Shown: positions 44,151-54,128 of the stretch, piece after piece
Numbering within the stretch: the stretch's first letter is position 1
Layout: the number at the start of each line of letters is the position of its first letter
Assembly: GCF_013315695.1 (NCBI RefSeq)
Contig: NZ_CP054353.1
Length of the DNA: 64,000 nucleotides
From: Escherichia coli
GTDB taxonomy: Bacteria; Pseudomonadota; Gammaproteobacteria; Enterobacterales; Enterobacteriaceae
Direction: 5' to 3' (one strand)
Made by a program: the position numbers and the translations under genes
The notes under the pieces: generated by a model
What the model saw: only the letters and a program-made list of their open reading frames with translations
What the model was told of the DNA's origin: nothing
Database searches by the model: none

Positions 44151-44324
44151 GACAAATGAAGTTTTAGTAAATTCTTTAAAATCAACCACTAAAATAATTA
44201 ACATCAAAAATAACGCGACTTTTATCACTTTTTAGTAAAGTTGCACTGGACAAAGCGTACCACAATTGGTGTACTGGTAACCGACACAGCATTTGTGTCT
44301 ATTTTTCATGTAAAGGTAATTTTG

Positions 44325-44534
44325 ATGTCTAAGATTAAAGGTAACGTTAAGTGGTTTAATGAGTCCAAAGGATTCGGTTTCATTACTCCGGAAGACGGCA
44401 GCAAAGACGTGTTCGTACACTTCTCTGCAATCCAGACTAATGGTTTTAAAACTCTTGCTGAAGGTCAGCGCGTAGAGTTCGAAATCACTAACGGTGCCAA
44501 AGGCCCTTCTGCTGCAAACGTAATCGCTCTGTAA
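44325..44534 (+). CDS. cspE: Cold-shock-family protein CspE
   Basis: [69 protein letters not shown], 69 aa. Confidence 0.95.
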
Positions 44535-44553
44535 GATACGTCAGCAAGAATTC

Positions 44554-44582
44554 AAAACCCGCTTAATCAGCGGGTTTTTTTT
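44554..44582. terminator. Rho-independent terminator between convergent cspE and crcB, likely bidirectional
   Basis: aaaacccgc-ttaatca-gcgggtttt followed by a T-run of 8 or more; A-run on the 5' side. Confidence 0.8.
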
Positions 44583-44587
44583 GGTCT

Positions 44588-44971
44588 TTAGTGTGCGGTT
44601 GAGGCGGAAAACAGCCAGAAAGCCAGTGCGGTCATGGCAAAAGACCCCAAAAGGTTGACGAAAACGTTCAGTAACGCCCAGCCAAAGCGGCCCTCTTGTA
44701 ACAAAAACACCACTTCTGCCGAAAATGTTGAGAAGGTTGTTAGACCGCCACAAAATCCGGTGGTGATTAATACTTTCCACACTGGATCAATGTTCGTCAT
44801 CCTGCTAAACCAGGCGAATCCCATTCCTATGATGAATGCCCCAATCAGGTTTGCAGCCAGCGTCCCCAACGGAATCGCTTGATGTAGCGGGTTAAATCGC
44901 ATACTTAACAGCCATCTCGCCACGCTTCCCGTACCACCGCCAATAAAAACTGCTAAAAGAAGTTGTAACAC
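44588..44971 (-). CDS. crcB: Fluoride ion channel CrcB/FluC
   Basis: 127-aa membrane [52 protein letters not shown]…. Confidence 0.92.
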
Positions 44972-45063
44972 TGCAAAATCCTGCTATTTGATTTGTATGA
45001 GTGATAAGTGTAACGCCGAATAATCGCCGTTGGCGAATTTTACGACTCTGACAGGAGGTGGCA

Positions 45064-45852
45064 ATGCTGGTTGCTGCAGGACAGTTTGCTGTGACATCTG
45101 TGTGGGAAAAGAACGCTGAGATTTGTGCCTCGTTGATGGCGCAGGCGGCGGAAAACGACGTTTCGCTGTTTGTCCTGCCGGAAGCATTGTTGGCGCGAGA
45201 TGATCATGATGCAGATCTATCGGTTAAATCAGCACAGCTGCTGGAAGGCGAATTCCTCGGACGTTTACGGCGAGAAAGTAAACGTAACATGATGACGACA
45301 ATTCTGACGATTCATGTTCCTTCAACGCCGGGGCGCGCATGGAATATGCTGGTGGCGCTACAGGCAGGAAACATCGTCGCCCGTTATGCCAAACTGCATC
45401 TCTATGATGCATTTGCCATTCAGGAATCACGCCATGTTGATGCTGGTAATGAAATAGCTCCATTACTGGAGGTGGAAGGGATGAAGGTCGGTCTGATGAC
45501 CTGTTATGACTTACGCTTTCCAGAGCTGGCGCTGGCACAGGCATTACAGGGAGCTGAAATCCTGGTACTTCCTGCCGCCTGGGTTCGCGGGCCGCTCAAA
45601 GAGCATCACTGGTCAACGTTGCTTGCCGCTCGTGCGCTGGATACCACCTGTTATATGGTGGCGGCGGGGGAGTGCGGGAACAAAAATATCGGGCAAAGCC
45701 GGATTATAGATCCCTTTGGCGTCACCATTGCGGCAGCGTCAGAAATGCCTTCACTCATTATGGCGGAAGTGACGCCCGAACGTGTGCGTCAGGTGCGCGC
45801 GCAACTGCCCGTCTTAAACAACCGTCGCTTTGCGCCGCCGCAATTATTATGA
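45064..45852 (+). CDS. ybeM: CN-hydrolase (nitrilase superfamily) amidase YbeM, intact reading frame
   Basis: Uninterrupted ORF ([10 protein letters not shown]…; an in-frame GTG lies 2 codons upstream at 45058) with RBS aggagg at 45053-45058. Confidence 0.85.
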   Translation: MLVAAGQFAVTSVWEKNAEICASLMAQAAENDVSLFVLPEALLARDDHDADLSVKSAQLLEGEFLGRLRRESKRNMMTTILTIHVPSTPGRAWNMLVALQAGNIVARYAKLHLYDAFAIQESRHVDAGNEIAPLLEVEGMKVGLMTCYDLRFPELALAQALQGAEILVLPAAWVRGPLKEHHWSTLLAARALDTTCYMVAAGECGNKNIGQSRIIDPFGVTIAAASEMPSLIMAEVTPERVRQVRAQLPVLNNRRFAPPQLL

Positions 45853-45980
45853 TGTTTTTTTACTCGGCGCTTGATTCACCTTGTTACAGATTGCTATTGT
45901 GTGCGCGCGTCGAATGACCGTTAATATTCTCTGGTTTTTAAGGCGCGTTCTGTTGCCGGTTATATGTCAAGAAGGTATCT

Positions 45981-46184
45981 ATGGGTGAGATTAGTATTAC
46001 CAAACTGCTGGTAGTTGCGGCGCTGGTCGTTCTGCTGTTTGGGACTAAGAAGTTACGTACGCTGGGCGGAGACCTTGGAGCGGCCATTAAAGGGTTCAAG
46101 AAGGCGATGAATGATGACGATGCTGCGGCGAAAAAAGGCGCAGACGTTGATCTTCAGGCTGAAAAGCTCTCTCATAAAGAGTGA
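45981..46184 (+). CDS. tatE: Twin-arginine translocase subunit TatE
   Basis: [67 protein letters not shown], 67 aa. Confidence 0.95.
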   Translation: MGEISITKLLVVAALVVLLFGTKKLRTLGGDLGAAIKGFKKAMNDDDAAAKKGADVDLQAEKLSHKE

Positions 46185-46224
46185 CGTGGCGAGCAGGACG
46201 CTCCCTCAATATCTTGTTCGATAC

Positions 46225-46256
46225 AAAAAACCCGCTTCAAAAAGCGGGTTTTTTAT
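46225..46256. terminator. Rho-independent terminator between convergent tatE and lipA
   Basis: aaaacccgctt…aagcgggtttt followed by a T-run, with an A-run on the 5' side (bidirectional). Confidence 0.8.
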
Positions 46257-46284
46257 CAGACAGATGTAAGTAATTATTACAGGA

Positions 46285-47250
46285 TTACTTAACTTCCATC
46301 CCTTTCGCCTGCAAATCGGCGTGGTAAGACGAGCGGACAAACGGACCGCATGCAGCATGGGTAAAGCCCATCGCCAGCGCTTCGGCTTTCATTTCGTCGA
46401 ACTCATCCGGGCTAACGTAACGTTGAACCGGCAGGTGATGGCGGCTTGGCTGCAAATATTGCCCCAGCGTTAACATCGTCACACCATGACGGCGCAGGTC
46501 GCGCATTACCTCAATAATTTCTTCATTGGTTTCACCCAGACCCACCATCAGACCAGACTTGGTCGGGATTTCCGGATGCGCTTCTTTAAAGCGTTCCAGC
46601 AGCTTCAGCGACCAGTTGTAATCTGCACCAGGCCGTACCTGACGGTAAATACGCGGTACGTTTTCCAGGTTATGGTTGAACACATCTGGTGGTGTGGCGG
46701 TCAGAATATCCAGAGCACGATCCATACGACCGCGGAAATCCGGCACCAGAGTTTCAATTTTGATTTGCGGGCTTTTTTCCCGAATGGCAGTAATGCAATC
46801 CGCAAAGTGTTGGGCACCGCCATCGCGCAGGTCATCACGGTCAACGGAGGTGATAACCACATAACGCAGCGCCATATCGGCAATGGTCTGCGCCAGTTTC
46901 ACTGGTTCATTGGCATCCGGAGCTACCGGGCGACCGTGGGCAACGTCACAGAACGGACAACGGCGGGTACAAATAGCGCCGAGGATCATAAACGTTGCTG
47001 TGCCGTGGTTGAAGCATTCCGCCAGGTTAGGGCAGGAGGCTTCCTCGCAGACAGAATGCAGGCCATTTTTGCGCATTGCGGCTTTGATGCCCTGGATACG
47101 TGTAGAGTCCGCTGGAAGCTTGATTTTCATCCATTCCGGCTTGCGCAGCAGGGCTTCGCGCTCTGTTGCCACGTTTTTAACCGGGATAAGGGCCATCTTA
47201 TCGGCATCGCGGTATTTAACACCGCGTTCCATCACAATGGGTTTACTCAT
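46285..47250 (-). CDS. lipA: Lipoyl synthase LipA (radical SAM)
   Basis: 321-aa [29 protein letters not shown]…; CxxxCxxC radical-SAM cysteines present. Confidence 0.95.
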
Positions 47251-47458
47251 AGCGTGCGTGTTCCAGTTGCGAATTACGAAGGAAAGCGTTTCAATTCAAT
47301 AGATTGTTGTAATTATCAACTATTTTTGAATTAACGACTGGCAGTATATCATTGAAACGGACCTGAAAGCAGCCAAAGCGGTCGCGAAAATGTAAAATTG
47401 TTGTTGGATTGTGCCATTTTTTCGTTCTTCGCTGTGATCTGGCTGTAACAATACTTTT

Positions 47459-48412
47459 TCAAAATGCATTCCGGATAACATCTATTACCCCGTGCAGGAT
47501 GGGATCACGCAGGCTGAATTTGTTGTAGTGGATAGAGAAATCTATTTGCTCCTCATTTAAGGACGGAAAAGGCAGTTTTTCCAGCGGCCAGCAACGGCTA
47601 AACAGGTTATAAAAACGGCTGGGAATAATCGCTAACATGTCACTGTTGGCAACCAGTGCAGCGATTGTCAAAATGTTGTAGCTGGTGAAACTGATTTGCC
47701 GGTCCGGAAACATCTCTTGAACTCTCTGCCGCAGACCGCTGAAATTTTGCCCTTCCGGTAACAGGAGTATATGCGCAGCGTTGTCGATAGTCTCTCTGTC
47801 ATCTTCTAAAGAGAGTAGCGGATTTCCCTCGCGGCAAATTAACACCATATTGTCGGTGAACAGAACATGATGTTGCACCGTACGATTGGTGCAAAACATG
47901 TTATCGATGATGAGATCGGTTTGAAACTGACTGAGTTGGTTTTCCGCGTCGCTGATGGGTGGGTTGCGCAGTAAAAGCTGCGGATAGTGAGATTTAATCG
48001 CCCGATAGATGACAGGAAGGACTAGGGCTCCGACCGAGGGGGTGGTCGCAATAGTTATCGTTCGTTGCTTATCATAGCTTCCTTCGATATCCAGCGCGCC
48101 AAGAATGGACTCAAGGCCCTGACTGATATACTCATGTAGATGCATCGCAAATGCGGTAGGAGTGACACCCTGGCCTTTGCGAATAAACAATGGGTCAGGG
48201 AATATAACGCGCAGTTTCTGAATAGACTGACTGATTGCCGAGGGTGTCAGATTAAGCACTTTCGCTGCATTAACGATCCCTTTATGTACATATACAGCTT
48301 CAAAAATAGTCAGAAGGTTAAGATCAATATTTCGTAAGGTTGTAAATATTTGTGGTTTACCTTCTGACGACTTTCTGCTTAAACAGGTTTCAATTTGATT
48401 ATTACTATCCAC
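47459..48412 (-). CDS. ybeF: LysR-family transcriptional regulator YbeF
   Basis: 317-aa ORF with N-terminal HTH (…LNLLTIFEAVYVHKGIVNAAKVLNLTPSAISQSIQKLR…). Confidence 0.88.
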   Translation of the reverse strand: MDSNNQIETCLSRKSSEGKPQIFTTLRNIDLNLLTIFEAVYVHKGIVNAAKVLNLTPSAISQSIQKLRVIFPDPLFIRKGQGVTPTAFAMHLHEYISQGLESILGALDIEGSYDKQRTITIATTPSVGALVLPVIYRAIKSHYPQLLLRNPPISDAENQLSQFQTDLIIDNMFCTNRTVQHHVLFTDNMVLICREGNPLLSLEDDRETIDNAAHILLLPEGQNFSGLRQRVQEMFPDRQISFTSYNILTIAALVANSDMLAIIPSRFYNLFSRCWPLEKLPFPSLNEEQIDFSIHYNKFSLRDPILHGVIDVIRNAF

Positions 48413-48569
48413 GCACTTACTCCAATTTTATTCATGGAAAAATAATATTAAAAAAAATTACAATAATCTTATGTCTAATTGGAACGGAACGCTTTTGCTC
48501 ACCATAATCAACTATTTCAATAAGTTAATCAATGGGGTGAGTTACGGAGCAAGGCGTAGCATCGCATTT

Positions 48570-48578
48570 CTGCAAGTG
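48570..48578. repeat. Left copy of the 9-bp target-site duplication (ctgcaagtg) flanking IS1
   Basis: Identical 9-mer immediately outside each IS1 end. Confidence 0.85.
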
Positions 48579-48633
48579 GGTGATGCTGCCAACTTACTGA
48601 TTTAGTGTATGATGGTGTTTTTGAGGTGCTCCA

Positions 48634-48909
48634 GTGGCTTCTGTTTCTATCAGCTGTCCCTCCTGTTCAGCTACTGACGGGGTGGTGCGTAACGGCAAAA
48701 GCACCGCCGGACATCAGCGCTATCTCTGCTCTCACTGCCGTAAAACATGGCAACTGCAGTTCACTTACACCGCTTCTCAACCCGGTACGCACCAGAAAAT
48801 CATTGATATGGCCATGAATGGCGTTGGATGCCGGGCAACAGCCCGCATTATGGGCGTTGGCCTCAACACGATTTTACGTCACTTAAAAAACTCAGGCCGC
48901 AGTCGGTAA
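48634..48909 (+). CDS. insA: IS1 InsA (transposition repressor / N-terminal part of the InsAB' transposase)
   Basis: [94 protein letters not shown] start. Confidence 0.95.
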
Positions 48910-49331
48910 CCTCGCGCATACAGCCGGGCAGTGACGTCATCGTCTGCGCGGAAATGGACGAACAGTGGGGCTATGTCGGGGCTAAATCGCGCCAGCGCTG
49001 GCTGTTTTACGCGTATGACAGGCTCCGGAAGACGGTTGTTGCGCACGTATTCGGTGAACGCACTATGGCGACGCTGGGGCGTCTTATGAGCCTGCTGTCA
49101 CCCTTTGACGTGGTGATATGGATGACGGATGGCTGGCCGCTGTATGAATCCCGCCTGAAGGGAAAGCTGCACGTAATCAGCAAGCGATATACGCAGCGAA
49201 TTGAGCGGCATAACCTGAATCTGAGGCAGCACCTGGCACGGCTGGGACGGAAGTCGCTGTCGTTCTCAAAATCGGTGGAGCTGCATGACAAAGTCATCGG
49301 GCATTATCTGAACATAAAACACTATCAATAA
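48828..49331 (+). CDS. insB: IS1 InsB frame; the functional transposase InsAB' is made by a -1 ribosomal frameshift from insA
   Basis: 167-aa [67 protein letters not shown]…. Confidence 0.9.
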
Positions 49332-49346
49332 GTTGGAGTCATTACC

Positions 49347-49355
49347 CTGCAAGTG
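49347..49355. repeat. Right copy of the 9-bp target-site duplication (ctgcaagtg) flanking IS1
   Basis: Identical to 48570-48578. Confidence 0.85.
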
Positions 49356-49448
49356 ATAAAGAAAATAAACAAACGCGAAGGAGATGTAAAGCATTAGCAG
49401 GTATTATGAGTAATGACCCAGTGTAAATTGGGCCATTGATGTATGCAA

Positions 49449-50090
49449 TTAAGCGGTAATATATTCGAAGTCAGGATTGTTTAGTAGCGCTAAAATATTT
49501 TCCAGTAAACGCGGTGCAATATTATTAGTCGTCGCTTCGGGTTTCCATTGTGATATTTTAGCCATTTCCATTCCGGCATACCCACAAGGATTAATACGTA
49601 AAAATGGTGAAAGATCCATATTGACGTTTAATGCCAGACCGTGGAATGAACAACCGCGTCGAATACGTAAACCCAGTGAGCAAATTTTCTTTTCCCCGAC
49701 ATAGACACCAGGCGCGTCAGCCCGAGGATGCGCTTCTATACCCAGTTCAGCCAGGGTATTCACCACTGTTTGCTCAAGCAAGGTCACCAGTTCACGCACA
49801 CCGAGTTTACGGCGTTTCAGGTTAAGCAACACATACATCACCTGTTGCCCCGGCCCGTGATAAGTCACCTGCCCACCGCGATCGCTCTGAATTACCGGAA
49901 TATCACCCGGCATTAAAATGTGCTCCGCTTTTCCTGCCTGCCCTTGGGTAAATACCGGATAGTGCTCGACCAGCCAGATTTCATCAAGGGTACTTTCATC
50001 GCGGGTATCGGTGAATTCATGCATAGCCTGGGAGATTGGCTCGTAAGGCTGAAGACCGAGCTGGCGGACAAGAATTTTATCCTGATACAA
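49449..50090 (-). CDS. lipB: Octanoyltransferase LipB
   Basis: 213-aa [57 protein letters not shown]…. Confidence 0.93.
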   Translation of the reverse strand: MYQDKILVRQLGLQPYEPISQAMHEFTDTRDESTLDEIWLVEHYPVFTQGQAGKAEHILMPGDIPVIQSDRGGQVTYHGPGQQVMYVLLNLKRRKLGVRELVTLLEQTVVNTLAELGIEAHPRADAPGVYVGEKKICSLGLRIRRGCSFHGLALNVNMDLSPFLRINPCGYAGMEMAKISQWKPEATTNNIAPRLLENILALLNNPDFEYITA

Positions 50091-50190
50091 AACGGCATCT
50101 CCGTGGAGAATGAGTAAAAGTGGGGGAAAAGTATATCACAGCGAGGAGAGGGGAGTTACCCGACCAGGAGCCGGGTAACGGAGAAGCGAG

Positions 50191-50454
50191 TTACAGAACC
50201 ATGCGGACAATATCGATTTTGCCCAGTTCTTCATACAGTGTTTCAACCTGCTCGATATGAGTAGCGTTGATAGTGATAGATACCGAGTGGTAGTTGCCTT
50301 TGCTGCTTGGTTTTACCGTTGGGGTGTAGTCACCTGGCGCATGGCGCTGTACCACTTCAACCACCTGATCAACCAGCTCAGGTAACGCCTGCCCCATAAC
50401 TTTGTAAGTAAAAGGAGTAGGGAATTCAAGCAGTTCGTTAAGTTTGGTTTTCAT
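50191..50454 (-). CDS. ybeD: UPF0250 protein YbeD
   Basis: 87-aa [90 protein letters not shown]. Confidence 0.92.
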
Positions 50455-50484
50455 GTCAGCTCCGGCGTAACGTAATTAAATAGC

Positions 50485-50512
50485 AACTCCCGCCAGAAGG
50501 CGGGAGTTTTTT
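50485..50512. terminator. Strong hairpin between dacA and ybeD; terminator-like on both strands, with the T-run perfect on the + strand
   Basis: aactcccgcc-agaa-ggcgggagtt followed by tttttt on the + strand; on the reverse strand it is followed by gctatttaatt. Confidence 0.6.
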
Positions 50513-50563
50513 ACTGATGCTTAGTATATGGGGACGGAAATTACACTTTCAAGTGTTCGATTT

Positions 50564-51775
50564 TTAACCAAACCAGTGATGGAACATTAATTTAATGTAA
50601 TCAATGATTTTGCCGAAGAAGTTGCCTTCCGGGATTTCTTGCAGCACAACCAGCGGGCGTTGTTCGATCGTTTTGCCATCAAGCTGGAAGTTGATAGTAC
50701 CGACGACCTGATTCTTTTGCAGCGGCGCATGCAATTCACTACTGTTCAGCACATAGCTGGCTTTCAGATCTTTCATGCGGCCACGCGGAATGGTCAGATA
50801 CACGTCTTTATCAACACCTAACGAAGCGCGATCAGAATCACCAAACCAAACCGGTTCAGAGGCGAACTCTTTACCTACTTTCAGTGGGTTAACGGTTTCG
50901 AAGAAACGGAAGCCCCAGGTTAGCAGTTTTTTACTTTCGGCTTCACGGCCTTTAAAAGTACGTCCGCCCATCACCGCAGAGATCAAGCGCATCTGGCCTT
51001 CAGTCGCAGAAGCAACAAGGTTGTAACCTGCTTTGTCAGTGTGTCCGGTTTTGATGCCGTCGACATTCAGGCTGTTATCCCATAACAGGCCGTTACGGTT
51101 CAGCTGGCGAATACCGTTAAACGTAAATTCTTTTTCTTTATAGATCGAGTATTCATTCGGTACGTCACGGATCAACGCCTGGCCGATCAGCGCCATATCT
51201 CGCGCGGAGCTGTACTGACCATCAGCATCCAGACCATGTACCGTCTGGAAGTGGGTATTTTTCAGGCCCAGTGCGTTAACGTAGCTGTTCATCAAGCCAA
51301 CAAAAGCGTCCTGGCTACCAGCGGCAAAATCGGCCATGGCGACACAAGCATCGTTACCCGATTGCAGGTTAATACCGCGGATTAGCTGAGAAACCGGAAC
51401 CTGCATGCCCGGTTTGAGGAACATTAGTGAAGAACCTTTAAACACCGGGTTACCGGTGGCCCATGCGTCGTTGCCGATAGTGACTAAATCAGTTTCTTTA
51501 AATTTACCGGCTTTCATTGCCTGGCCGATAACGTAACTGGTCATCATTTTGGTCAGGCTGGCAGGATCGCGGCGGACATCTGCGTTCTGTTCGGCGAGCA
51601 CTTTGCCGGAGTTATAGTCAATCAGGATGTAGGACTCCGCATCGATCTGCGGTACACCCGGGATCATAGTTTTGATATTCAGGTCATCGGCATGTGCAGC
51701 AGAGATAAAGGCTGTGCAAAGAGCCGTGGTGAGCGCCAGGCGCTTCATGATACGAGCGGAAAAAATGGTATTCAT
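50564..51775 (-). CDS. dacA: D-alanyl-D-alanine carboxypeptidase DacA (PBP5)
   Basis: 403-aa ORF with signal peptide; SxxK (SLTK), SGN and KTG motifs present. Confidence 0.95.
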
Positions 51776-51914
51776 GGTCTGAACTACGACATCCGTGATG
51801 GAATTAAAAAAAGTGCCCTACTATAGCAAATGCACTACCGGCAGGCATCTGACTTTCCGCGTGACTTTGTTAACGTCATTTACAGAAATTGACACATCAG
51901 ATGCCTGCTTTACG

Positions 51915-53003
51915 CTACTGCGCGGTGGTAATAAATGACTGTAATTGGGCTTCGGTTTGCAAACGTTGCTGCAAGGTACTGGCTTCGGCTTTGCTGGCGA
52001 ATGGGCCAAGCTGGATCCGCCAGACTGCGCCATTTTGAGTTACGCGACCGGGGACGCCGAACTTCTGTCCCAGTTGCTGTTGGTACTGTTGCGCACGAGC
52101 CTGATCGCTAACGGCCCCGACTTGCACCATAAAGTTGCCGCTGGCGCTTTGCGAGGCGGCTTGCGGTGTCACCATTGCAGGCGAGGTTGCAAGCGTTGTC
52201 GACGGAGCTGTAACAACGGGCTGTGGTGCAGGCGTTGGTTCGCTGCCTTCCAGAACACCAGGCGCTAAGGTCGTTGGTGCGCCGAGGAAACCGCTGCTGG
52301 TTACCGGCGCGCCAGTCGGATCTTCGCTTTTTAGCGTCGAATTACTGACCGGAAGAATGTCACCCTGCGGGCCAGACACTGAACTTGTTCCCGCGCCACC
52401 GCTTAAATCGGGAGGTGCAGGCAGGGCGTAAGTCTGTTTGGCAACTGTGGTACAAGCCATACCAGGACCAGAAAGCGAACCATCCTGGGCGACAATAATC
52501 GGATCGATACGAACTTTGGTGTTGTTTGACGTGTTAAGACGGTCAGCTGCCGCGCGAGAAAGCGAAATAACGCGGTCGTTGCCGTAAGGACCGCGATCAT
52601 TAATGCGCACCACGATCATTCGCCCGTTAGCCAGGTTAGTGATTCTGGCGTAGCTGGGGATCGGAAGCGTTGGATGGGCCGCCGTCAACTGTGTCGGATC
52701 GAAAGCTTCGCCAGAGGCCGTCAGGTTACTGCCGGGTTCGGCATCATAGATTGCCGCCAGTCCCGCCTGGCTAAATCGAGACGGATCCTGCACGATTTTG
52801 TAGCTTTTACCGTCGCGCTGGTAATCCTGATTTGCCGTCGCGTTCAGTGGTTCGAAACGCGGGTCCGCCCCGCTAATTTCAACTATGGGGCCGTTACATA
52901 CCGCAGGCTGCGGTACACTTACCGTCTGTTGCTGACCATCATCGCTTGTACATGCCGCGAGCATTCCTGCCGCGATGCAGATCCCGAGCCACTGCTTACG
53001 CAT
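51915..53003 (-). CDS. rlpA: Rare lipoprotein A RlpA (lytic transglycosylase with SPOR domain)
   Basis: 362-aa ORF MRKQWLGICIAAGMLAACTSDD… (lipobox), Pro/Thr/Ser-rich linker. Confidence 0.93.
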   Translation of the reverse strand: MRKQWLGICIAAGMLAACTSDDGQQQTVSVPQPAVCNGPIVEISGADPRFEPLNATANQDYQRDGKSYKIVQDPSRFSQAGLAAIYDAEPGSNLTASGEAFDPTQLTAAHPTLPIPSYARITNLANGRMIVVRINDRGPYGNDRVISLSRAAADRLNTSNNTKVRIDPIIVAQDGSLSGPGMACTTVAKQTYALPAPPDLSGGAGTSSVSGPQGDILPVSNSTLKSEDPTGAPVTSSGFLGAPTTLAPGVLEGSEPTPAPQPVVTAPSTTLATSPAMVTPQAASQSASGNFMVQVGAVSDQARAQQYQQQLGQKFGVPGRVTQNGAVWRIQLGPFASKAEASTLQQRLQTEAQLQSFITTAQ

Positions 53004-53013
53004 TGCGCACCTC

Positions 53014-54126
53014 TTACACGCTTTTCGACAACATTTTCCTGTGGGTGTGGATTGACATTACAATCCCGAACCCAGCCATCAGCACAATTAGCGCCGATCC
53101 TCCATAACTGACCAGTGGGAGCGGAACCCCTACAACCGGCAGAATACCGCTTACCATACCAATATTTACGAAGACATAAACGAATAATATCAGCATTAAG
53201 CCGCCAGCCATGACGCGACCAAAGGTGGTTTGCGCTCTGGCGGCTATCCACAGCCCGCGCATGATCAGCAGAATGTAAAGAGCGAGCAGAATCAAAATGC
53301 CCACTAATCCCAGCTCTTCCGCCAGTACCGCGAAGATAAAGTCGGTATGGCGTTCGGGGAGAAATTCAAGCTGTGACTGAGTACCGTGCAGCCAGCCTTT
53401 GCCGCGTAATCCGCCGGAGCCAATAGCAATTTTAGATTGAATAATATGATAGCCCGCGCCGAGTGGGTCTGATTCCGGGTCCAGGAGCATCATTACGCGC
53501 TGGCGCTGGTAATCATGCATCAGGAAGAACCACAGAATCGGAATGAACGCCGCTACCAGCACTACTGCGACGCCAATCAGACGCCAGCTAAGGCCAGAGA
53601 GGAACAGTACAAACAGGCCGGAAAGCGCAACGAGGATTGATGTTCCCAGGTCAGGCTGTGCAGCCACCAGCAGCGTGGGCATAAATATCAGCACCAGCGC
53701 GATAGCTGTATTCTTCAATGAAGGTGGGCAAACGTCGCGGTTGATAAAGCGTGCAACCATCAACGGTACGGCTATCTTGGCAATTTCCGACGGTTGAAAA
53801 CGAACAATACCGAGGTCCAGCCAGCGTTGAGCGCCTTTAGAGATGGCACCGAAAGCATCTACCGCCACCAGCAAAATAATACAGATGATATAGAGATAGG
53901 GGGCCCAGCCTTCATAAACGCGTGGAGGAATTTGCGCCATCACCACCATGATGACCAGACCCATCGCAATCTGGCCGATTTTACGCTCCATCATGCCAAT
54001 ATCCTGACCGCTGGCGCTCCAGATAACCAGGGCGCTGTAAACCAGCAATGCCAGTAAGATCAGCAGCATTGTGGGATCGAGATGGACTTTATCCCAGAAT
54101 GTTTTTTTATTCGGATTATCCGTCAT
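53014..54126 (-). CDS. mrdB: Peptidoglycan glycosyltransferase RodA (SEDS family)
   Basis: 370-aa polytopic membrane [44 protein letters not shown]…. Confidence 0.95.
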   Translation of the reverse strand: MTDNPNKKTFWDKVHLDPTMLLILLALLVYSALVIWSASGQDIGMMERKIGQIAMGLVIMVVMAQIPPRVYEGWAPYLYIICIILLVAVDAFGAISKGAQRWLDLGIVRFQPSEIAKIAVPLMVARFINRDVCPPSLKNTAIALVLIFMPTLLVAAQPDLGTSILVALSGLFVLFLSGLSWRLIGVAVVLVAAFIPILWFFLMHDYQRQRVMMLLDPESDPLGAGYHIIQSKIAIGSGGLRGKGWLHGTQSQLEFLPERHTDFIFAVLAEELGLVGILILLALYILLIMRGLWIAARAQTTFGRVMAGGLMLILFVYVFVNIGMVSGILPVVGVPLPLVSYGGSALIVLMAGFGIVMSIHTHRKMLSKSV

Positions 54127-54128
54127 GA

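Larger units (their letters stand above)
48579..49346 (+). mobile_element. Insertion sequence IS1 (768 bp), complete, with terminal inverted repeats
   Basis: Ends ggtgatgctgccaacttactgat… and …atcaataagttggagtcattacc; encodes InsA and InsB; A6C frameshift motif ttaaaaaac at about 48883-48891. Confidence 0.95.

Noticed and set aside
46486-47334. 282-aa + strand ORF antisense to lipA
   Set aside because: Shadow ORF opposite the conserved radical-SAM lipA.
48579-49346. Possibility that the IS1 is one end of a composite transposon or marks a larger island
   Set aside because: Only one IS copy is present in the window. The perfect 9-bp duplication and the conserved flanking genes lipB and ybeF indicate a simple single-element insertion.
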